DNA of 64,000 nucleotides from Convolutriloba macropyga. Taxonomy: Eukaryota. Below the pieces are notes generated by a model. The model saw only the letters and a program-made list of their open reading frames with translations. It was not told where the DNA came from and did not search any database. The DNA lies in assembly GCF_964194025.1 (NCBI RefSeq), contig NC_134474.1:17670001-17734000 (forward strand). The letters run 5' to 3'. Within the stretch, counting starts at the first letter, position 1. Every line of letters starts with the position of its first letter. Shown here one piece after another: positions 57,201 through 64,000 of the stretch. A program made the position numbers and the translations under genes.

Positions 57201-60200
57201 ATGCAGTTACCGAAGCAATCCCAGAAGACGTCCAGTCATTCAGCAACACGAAGCAAATTGAGGTGGAACGTAATATGGAGGGAACCTCGAACTACAATGG
57301 AATGTTACTGATGATAGTCTTCAAGTGTGCAGATGTACGAACAAAAAAAGTTGAAGCACCTATAACTCAGTGGAAGATTTTCTTTCTGCTATCTTCAGTA
57401 TTCGAGCCAACCTGATTGTTTGCTTCCTTCAGTGTTCACATGAGACGACTTCTGAAAGGCATCTGGGCTAAGTATGAACAACATTGGGACAACGAAAACG
57501 AAGTGGAGCCTGGTGAAGAAGATGAATTCTTGAGACTGAAAGAACAACTTCAAGTCGTAGCTGAAACAAGCGTCGATAGAAGACCAAACTTCATGTATTT
57601 GCTGACGCATCTGAAGACACGATGTGTGCAGTGGCCTATCTACGTTCACAACCAAAAAAATGTTTAGCTCACTAAGCATTTGTTATTGGAAATAGCAGAT
57701 TTGCCTCGAAGAGACGTGCTTCAGTACAACGATTGGAATTGAAAGCGGCGGTCATGGCAGTGAGTTTGGTGGAACAATTAGTCAAAGAGCATGAAATGAA
57801 TATAAATGGTTGCAGTTTTTGGTCAGACCCAAATTTTTTGCAATTTTTATAATATTGCATTTGATACACAGCTCCCCTCGTAAACCACAAGTGTTTTCGG
57901 CCAAGCGAGTATCTGAAATACTGGATACAACTGATGTTTTACAGTGAAAACATGTGAGCTGTATCAGCAACCCGGCGGACATTGGCACGAGAGCAATAAA
58001 CACTGACGAACTCAAGAAAAATTGGTGGCTCACTGGGCCTGCCTGGTTGAAGGGAACAGAAAGTGAGCGGCCATAGCAAGTGAATTTAATCTTTGCCTCA
58101 AATGCAGAGAATATACCCTATCAGTCTTCATGATACAGGCTGAAAAAAAGAAAGCAGATATTCACTGGAAATGATTCAATAACAGTCTAGTTTATACAAT
58201 GGCGTCCGTACAGTGAGCATTGAGCAAATACAAACCAGCAACACTCTTAGTCAGTATTGAAGAAAAGACAAAAGGATTCATCTTTAAGTTACTACAGCGA
58301 GAACAGTTTGGTGAAGAGATAAGTGCGTTACCTGCAGAGAAGGCTGAGCTCAAACGATAGCACTAGTAATGGCCGATCTACCCGAAGATCGTTTAGATGC
58401 TTCAATAGCCTTTACAAACGTTTGAGTTGACTATTTTGACTCTTTCCCTGTGAAGATTGGTCGAAGAAACAACAACCGATTGTGTGGTCTTTTCACATGT
58501 CTAACTATGAGAGCGGTTCATATAGAAGTTAGACCCAAGTTGGACACAGATAGTTTTTCTCAATGCAAATATGCGATTTATTGCGCGAAAAGGCAAACCG
58601 AACACAACTATCAGCAACAACGGGACACAATTTGTTGGAGCTGAAAGAGAGTTTGTAGAGTACGTTGCAGCATAAAACAAAAAACGGATCGAAGAAAACT
58701 AAATCAATGAGGAATCAGATGAAAATTCAACCCAATTGCAGCACCTCACTTCGGAGGAGTACGGGAACGGTTAGTCAGAAGTTTCACAAAAGCTGTGTTC
58801 AGACAACGACCTGTCGCCGAAGATGTTCTTTCAACAACCATGTGTTTTGTTGAGCAGAAATTGAGCAACCGTTGACTCCAGTCAGTTCAGACGCTAATGA
58901 CTTGGAAGCATTGACTTCCAATAACTTCCTGCTTGGCAACGAGAACGTTTGCTTACCCTATCTAACAGGCGCAGAAGAATTTGTTGATCATTGAAGACTC
59001 TTTCGACAAAATCAAGCCTATGCAAATCTCATATGGGACCGAATTCGTGAAGAGTATCTGCCAATGTTAAATGACCGACAAAAACGGCAATCTACGGCAA
59101 ACGAAACCCTTAACAAAGGCAATCTCGTTTGGTTGATTGAAGACAGTAATAAACGAGGATAAAATGATCTGGATCGAGTTACGGAGACCATCGATGGGTC
59201 TGATTGTTCGAATGAACGACGGAGTTCACAAGAGACCAGTTGTGAAGCTCGCCCTGTACTACCTGAAAGTGATGTTTTCGCGATAAAAAAAGCCGGCGAT
59301 GTGGTGGCTGAGCTTAATAAATCAACAACCAATGTGAATAGGGCTTCAAGGCCATTTCAAACAGTGAAGCTAGAATAGCATGACAAGCGAAACTTAATGC
59401 TACATTCTATCAAGCCATGTGGATTTGTTTACTTTGTTCAGCATTTGTATTTAGTAAACATTATAACTACAAAAATTTCACACATGAACTGAAACTGGAA
59501 CTATCTCAACGTCAGCAAAACGATTTTAGGATTTAAGAATATTGCATCAGATTCTTTGTGATTGGTTTGCGAATCAACCTGTTATTTATACAGAAGATTC
59601 GACAAAACTTTCGCATGTTTTAACAAATTTCCGTTGAAATCAAATTCACACTGGAAAACTGACGCTACGGAAAACTGTTCACGTTATGTTAACAATTTTA
59701 TCTACAACCAATCAGAGATGAAATTTTGACATGTAAAACCACGCGACTATCAGCATAAAACGAGCTTGAAAAACTACAAAAATCAGTTGAAACTCGTTAT
59801 ATTTGTCTTATCAAACTGACGCACAGTGCGTATTAAAGCACACTTTTTTAAGCGGTAAACAATTTGTTATTGTGTCTTTTTTCTATAGATCATATTGGTG
59901 ATTTTATATTCTAAATTAACTTTGAGTTGTTGAAAATAAAATTAACTTTTATATTCTCAATGTTTCCTTATGAGGAACCAAGTTCCCAAGTAATAGAACT
60001 TCTGTGAAAAGCACATAGTCAGCTGCTCTTACTGGCTTTAACAAAGCCTAATCCAGTTCAAGATGGGTGTTATTGAAGCCAATAGAGAGACTTGCTAACA
60101 ATAAAGTTAGAAAACTAATGTTGTTATTCAGTTTTGGTTCCATTAAATGTGCCTCTTTCTCTATTCTTTGCAATAGAATACTGAAACTTGGCATGACTGT

Positions 60201-60535
60201 AGCCAGGGTATAGGGCTACAACTTTTTGCAATTGGATTTCCTAGATTCGTTTTAACATCTGAGTTATTACCGAAAACTCAACAAAAAATTTGATTGTTTC
60301 AATTTGAATTGTTTTGCATTCTGAGCGAAACAAGTTTATTATTCAGCAAAGCTGGACAACTAGTTGTTGAGACTAACTGAGCAAAAAGTAATGCAACGGT
60401 AATATACATCATAGCGGATAACAAAATTTCACAAAAGTAAACTGCAAAGACGTAACATCCTTACAGATTTCACACCACTGAAACGAAGTGGGCCGTAAAA
60501 CTTTCCTTGTCTTTGATAGGAGAGCAGCCATGACA
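53244..60535 (+). mobile_element. Decayed BEL/Pao LTR retrotransposon
   Basis: TG...CA LTRs at 53244-53718 and 59300-60535 (interrupted). GTAGT TSD at 53239-53243 and 60536-60540. TGGTCC PBS. Remnant motifs GNPLEW, WYLP.H, ADIE..FLQV, FYIDD, HVFADAS, RLELKAA, FTCLTMRAVHIEV, with many stops and frameshifts. Confidence 0.92.
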
Positions 60536-62549
60536 GTAGTGAATGACCTAAAATTATTGAAATCTATCTTACTGACAATAATTGATCTTCTGCATCATTG
60601 TTTTTTATTAAAATATCAAATGATATAATTTTTACACGGTGCAAAACAAAAGGCTAACACGTGACTGTTAAGTATTTACATGTGATCGTTCTTCAATAAT
60701 TTTTGACCGCTCGGGTAAAAATAGTTTTCAAAAAATTTCAAAGCTCGCAGAAACAAAAACAGTGTTTCAAAATTGCTTAATAAAATAAATTCAATATATC
60801 TTCGATTTTGTGTGTACTTTTTTTCTACTAAAGAATATCTGACCTCTGCTTTTTAGCGTTTGATCAAAGAATAGCTCTTAATGGGCACAGTGTCGATCTT
60901 TATTTTGCAAATAAGACCCCTGAATTATGAAAATGCTGTGAACAATTAAAAACAGATTTTACTAAATCTAGAATAAATTTCTTTGTATCATCAATAAAGT
61001 TATTGTGGCCTTTTTGTTATTTAAAATTTAGCGGTTATGACAAAACTTTATCAAAATCATTCCTTTTGAGGCTTCCGCAATTTGGTTTGTTTGATCATGT
61101 GATAATATTTGAGATTGAAATTTCTCCTAGTTGATGATAAAATTTATAACCGTTAATGAATCATCTCGCTTTATATGTTATTTGTGAAACTATTTGTCTG
61201 TCGTTCAAACTTTTGTCTCCTAGTTTTTCTGAAAGCTTTTTCCATAAATAATTACGAAGATTGAGCTTGTGGTGCATATTGACAACAGTTCAATGCCAAA
61301 TTTTTGATCAAAAGTTTGCAAAAATCAAATTTAAGAATTTTTTGAAAAAGTTAAGTGGCTTCATTGGGAGACTCCTGTTTGTAGCAGAAAATAAGCCTGC
61401 GCATCTTTTGCAATAAGCTTAAAATGTGTAGTATTTTTGCTGAAGAAGTTTAATTCATTTTTCCTTCAAATGTTAGTTTGCATACTAGAATATTTATTCC
61501 GTCTATGCATTTCCTTGCCTCCTTGTACTCCTTCCCACAGTTTAGTTCACACATTTGGTCAAGTACATATAATTGATCAAATTATGTACCAAAATTTGGT
61601 GAAAGAATGTTTGACAAATTAAGAAAGAATTCGTGTTCAAAAAGTGTTTTTGCTGAAAAAGAGTCTTTGATGAAACTGATTGTTCTATCTCAACCATCCC
61701 ATTGTATTGACCCGGAAATAGTGTGGATCATTACTTCATCATTATGTACACTGGTTTTGCTAATCAGCAGTGATCACGTCTTATTTCTAGTCTTAAGACT
61801 GGATTCAAGACGTTCCAAGTCTAAAAAGTGACATGATCAGAGCTCTTATGCAGTAATGATCCAGGACTTGCGGTAACAATTTTTCAGTGCTGATTAAGAT
61901 TTGACGTTCGTTCCGGGGAAATATTTTCTTCACCTCGGGCGTACCCTGACAACTTTCCACATCGTGACGTTGAGAAAAAAAATGTAAAACTGAATATTGC
62001 ATCTCAAGGTATTAAAACACGTCTTTCGCCTCAGGCGTACTTGTGACATATTTTCCATGACAACTTCTTACATGAGCTGCATTTTTGTTTCTAAGAAACA
62101 ATTTCGATGAATCTCCGCAATGGACAAAAAAGCCACCTTTTTCAATCATTTAATAACACTTTAGCATATACCATTATAGTCTTAGCATTATCTTTGAACA
62201 TAAATTATACATCAGATACATGCATAATTTTTTTCTTGAATGTGTTTATCAGAAGGTATTAAAAATGAGAACAAAATTGAAATGAAAAATGTTCAACTTT
62301 AGATTTTTCATATTATTAAATGAAGTTTTGCTCTTCTGTTAATTGAGATTTTTAAAATAAATTAAAAGTATCCCAGAGTTCTACTGAAGAGATAGGTTGT
62401 TAACAACACCTCTCTCGAATTCGGAACAAATATTATATATGTCGGAGGATAAGCATGAGCTAAGTAGGGTTTTATGATCAGCTCTATCAGCTTATATAGC
62501 CTGGCTTTAATGGACCAACCATTTTTTCTGAAACGCAGCCGCTTATTAA

Positions 62550-62685
62550 ATTTCATGGTAAAAAGTGACATACGAGAGTCTGGGCATGTTAAAAGAAGGT
62601 GACCCGCTTTTTCACCCCTTTATTTTCGTCCCTATAGGATCTCATATGTCACTCGTACCTCATATGTCACATTTTACCATGAAAT
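62550..62685. mobile_element. MITE-like element
   Basis: Terminal inverted repeats ATTTCATGGTAAAAAGTGACATA / TATGTCACATTTTACCATGAAAT. Confidence 0.65.
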
Positions 62686-62711
62686 GTTATATTTATAGAT
62701 GGAAATTGTTA

Positions 62712-62817
62712 TAGAAGGATTTAAATTTGGGTGAAATGGTAGAGGAGAGAAATAATTTGGGGTATGCTTCCAATTACTTCTCCCCTCTGCCATTTCACCC
62801 AAATTTAAATCCTTCTA
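62712..62817. repeat. Near-perfect 106-bp hairpin / MITE bounded by TA
   Basis: 28-bp perfect arms extending to ~48 bp with few mismatches. Confidence 0.8.
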
Positions 62818-62898
62818 AAATGTCAAAATAGGTGTGGTTAGTTGAATCTTGGTGCAATTAATTAAACCATTTAAAATAAACGTTGAATGCCATGATGT

Positions 62899-63124
62899 CC
62901 CGGTCATCGATCATACAACTTTCTTGGATTTCGTACTCGGTCATATATGATTCTTCGTAATTGTACTAGGTCATATATGATTTTTATGATTTCTTGGTAG
63001 TCATACAAGGATCATACAAAAAATAAAACCTACTCTCAAAAGGCTTCAATCGCTATGCTCTAGGTTGCTGATACGGAAATCATATATGGTCCTTGTATGA
63101 AATCAAAGAAATTTCAAACCGGGG
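62899..63124. mobile_element. MITE-like element with CCCGGT ends
   Basis: Imperfect TIRs CCCGGT...TTTCTTGGATTTCGTAC..GGTCATATATGATT and AATCATATATGG...GTATGAAATCAAAGAAA...ACCGGG. A related fragment is at ~45980-46084. Confidence 0.55.
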
Positions 63125-63330
63125 TAAAGCTATAAATATAAAATACCAAGATGCTGTGTTCTCTATGAGATGATGACCTCTGCGTTTTATATCAGATCTC
63201 AGACAATAACAATACAAATATGCTATTAATTTCAATTTAAGTTAACAATGGGGCATGTATTGGAGAAAAACTGACAGAAAATTTCGAAAGAATTTTTTCA
63301 CAAAATATATTTTGAGTTGTGTGTTATTTC

Positions 63331-63582
63331 TCAGCTTTGTCGGTTGATTTGATTTTCACAAATCCATGGCTGTTCTCTGCATATGAAGAAGTTCTTGAAC
63401 CAATCGAATGTTAATTGTTCCTTGAGCATGTCAAGTGTGTAGAATCTGTACAATACAGGGCCTTGAACTAGGAAGTAAGTTGTGAAGATTGTCGGTTGAG
63501 CATCATCTTCAACTATCCGAAGAGGTCCTTGGCCATAACCAACTTCAGAGATGAAGAAACCACAGCCGTTATTGTTTGTCAC
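63331..63582 (-). CDS. Probable terminal coding exon of a convergent host gene (unknown product)
   Basis: tatttcag acceptor directly upstream, higher GC and gene-like codon usage, TGA stop. Confidence 0.5.
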   Translation of the reverse strand: MTNNNGCGFFISEVGYGQGPLRIVEDDAQPTIFTTYFLVQGPVLYRFYTLDMLKEQLTFDWFKNFFICREQPWICENQINRQS

Positions 63583-64000
63583 CTGAAATAGCCGTAACAG
63601 AGGGACTAAGTTAGAAGCTCCCCTTATGCTATATCATCCCCATGATAAGTCTGATTATGTTGGAGAGCAGTCCATATCATAGTACTATTTTATGTCAAAA
63701 CTTATCAACAAATATTATGACAGCTGATAAATTGCAGAACATCAAAGCATTGTATCAACTCAAATTGCGGTAACAACAAACAACCGTTGCATAACTTAAC
63801 GATGAAATAATTTGTTAGCGCTCAATCAATACTACAAAAATTTGAAAGACCGGTAAAGCTTTGCTTTGGGATCAGACTATCGCCTTTTTTTCTAGCCAAG
63901 GTTTCTATAAAGTGAATGGCGAGAAAAGAGTGAAGTGGGGGGGGGGGGGGGTTAAGTGAGTGAAGTGGGGGGGGGGGGTTTAATGGGAAGAGTCAAACTG

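Noticed and set aside
63928-63982. Two copies of AGTGAAGT-G(n)-TT; other poly-G/C runs at ~3320, ~26073 and ~48894
   Set aside because: Simple low-complexity tracts. G-quadruplex potential only, with nothing specific to support a function.

Overview
AT-rich animal genomic DNA, probably invertebrate; I cannot determine the species from sequence alone. The + strand carries the 3' part of an adhesion GPCR gene (GAIN/GPS domain, 7TM, long tail ending in the PDZ ligand ESYV), with exons from ~335 to 48580 and two ~19-kb introns. The second large intron holds, antisense, a very recent 18,128-bp Ty3/Gypsy-type element built like a complex retrovirus (26833-44960). It has 933-bp LTRs differing at ~3 positions, a CCAT target-site duplication, a PBS, gag, a UUUAAAC -1 frameshift into pol, and a class III (gB/chuvirus-G-like) env. 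It also has about 12 accessory ORFs in two tightly packed cassettes, one before gag and one after env. About 8 of these ORFs look like one expanded family of 60-90 aa paralogs, one of which is missing from the supplied ORF track. The others include a predicted myristoylated double-RING protein, a small membrane protein and a Q/H-rich coiled-coil protein. The element leader contains ~1 kb of A/T tracts phased at ~10.4 bp. Downstream of the gene are an old, decayed BEL/Pao element (GTAGT TSD, 5' end tandemly duplicated), a MITE cluster, and a probable last exon of a convergent gene. All alignments and counts were done by eye.
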